Positions 63,411 to 64,000 of a DNA stretch of 64,000 bases are shown here, in pieces. A program made the translations under genes and the position numbers. Position 1 is the stretch's first letter, and each line of letters begins with the position of its first letter. Source of the DNA: Marsupella aquatica (Eukaryota; Plantae; Marchantiophyta); contig OZ316896.1 of assembly GCA_973895155.1 (NCBI GenBank), positions 5,942,166 to 6,006,165 on the forward strand, written 5' to 3'. Below the pieces are notes generated by a model. That model saw nothing but the letters and a program-made list of their open reading frames with translations, was not told the DNA's origin and searched no databases.

Positions 63411-64000
63411 ATGGAGCCATTGTCTTCACCAGAGAGCTTGTCATCAATAGGATCTTTCAAGTCAGTCGAGTCAAGCCAAAGGGAGACAAGGTCTACAGTG
63501 AACAAGAAGGCACTCCAGGCGGGATTGAAAACACCGAGGAGGCCCAAGATGGTGAACCAAGTAGATGTTGTGAATCCAACGTTTCAACCTGGAGCTTCAG
63601 AACCCTATTCTGTTGTCATCAATCGCCATCTTTTCCCTTTTGGAAATGACGAATTTGGATTCCCGCTCGCTCCTCCGAGGATTCCCCTTTGCAGAATGCG
63701 AAACATGCAGATCGTTCGGTCCTTGCAAACAAACTCGATTGTGATCGAGACACTCAAGAATGAATTCCGGACGCAGGGATACATCGAAGATGCTCCTTGA
63801 TTTTACGTCCAAATGACCGGCGAAGATGGCCTTGTCCAGATGTGCGAGGATGTGATTCGGGAGTCATGGGATGACATGTGGATTCTTCAAAATGAAGAAT
63901 TCGAGAGGGAATGTGATTCTCACGAAGCTTTCAAAATTTTGAAAGATAAAATGTTCTGTGTTTTCGATGGAAATCATCGTCTGTACTCATGGATGCAGCT
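63411..64000 (+). pseudogene. ParB/Sulfiredoxin-like domain ORF (runs off the window; one TGA at 63798)
   Basis: IVRSL...IETLKNEFRTQGY, then reading through the TGA in frame, ...FCVFDGNHRL (DGNHR at 63966-63980), which is the ParB/Srx GxxR signature. Confidence 0.7.

Noticed and set aside
63216-64000. Bacterial parABS locus or contamination
   Set aside because: No ParA Walker-A gene in view, the neighbouring transposase has a spliceosomal intron, and the palindrome is unlike the parS consensus sequence.

Overview
Intron-containing, TE-saturated plant DNA (land plant inferred from the plant-type RPS3a, En/Spm and L1 sequences and TTTAGGG repeats; possibly a non-seed plant). I see no intact host gene. 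From left to right: (1) a decayed L1 endonuclease, a Helitron-like remnant, the 3' end of a CACTA element and a Ty3/Gypsy-like remnant; (2) a spliced Sola2-like DDD transposase pseudogene, an AGTACT-rich higher-order repeat and an RPS3a retrocopy; (3) a 74-bp tandem array interrupted by two related L1 LINEs (about 18984-41337 and 41458-48887); (4) inside the first LINE, a 16.6-kb CACTA element (21284-37879, 18-bp perfect TIRs) that carries TnpD, TnpA and an unusual cargo cassette of EDM2-like PHD fingers, tandem BRCT, F-box-like and an orphan Cys-rich ORF; (5) a RING/coiled-coil pseudogene; (6) at the right end, a GCM-like/DDE/SWIM Mutator-type transposase lying head-to-head with a ParB/Srx-like ORF (DGNHR), with six copies of a 16-bp palindrome CTAGCGAnnTCGCTAG in the surrounding non-coding DNA. 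The two best candidates for an undescribed system are the CACTA cargo cassette (chromatin reader, BRCT, F-box) and the MULE + ParB-like + palindrome module. All domain calls are motif recognition by eye, not database searches.
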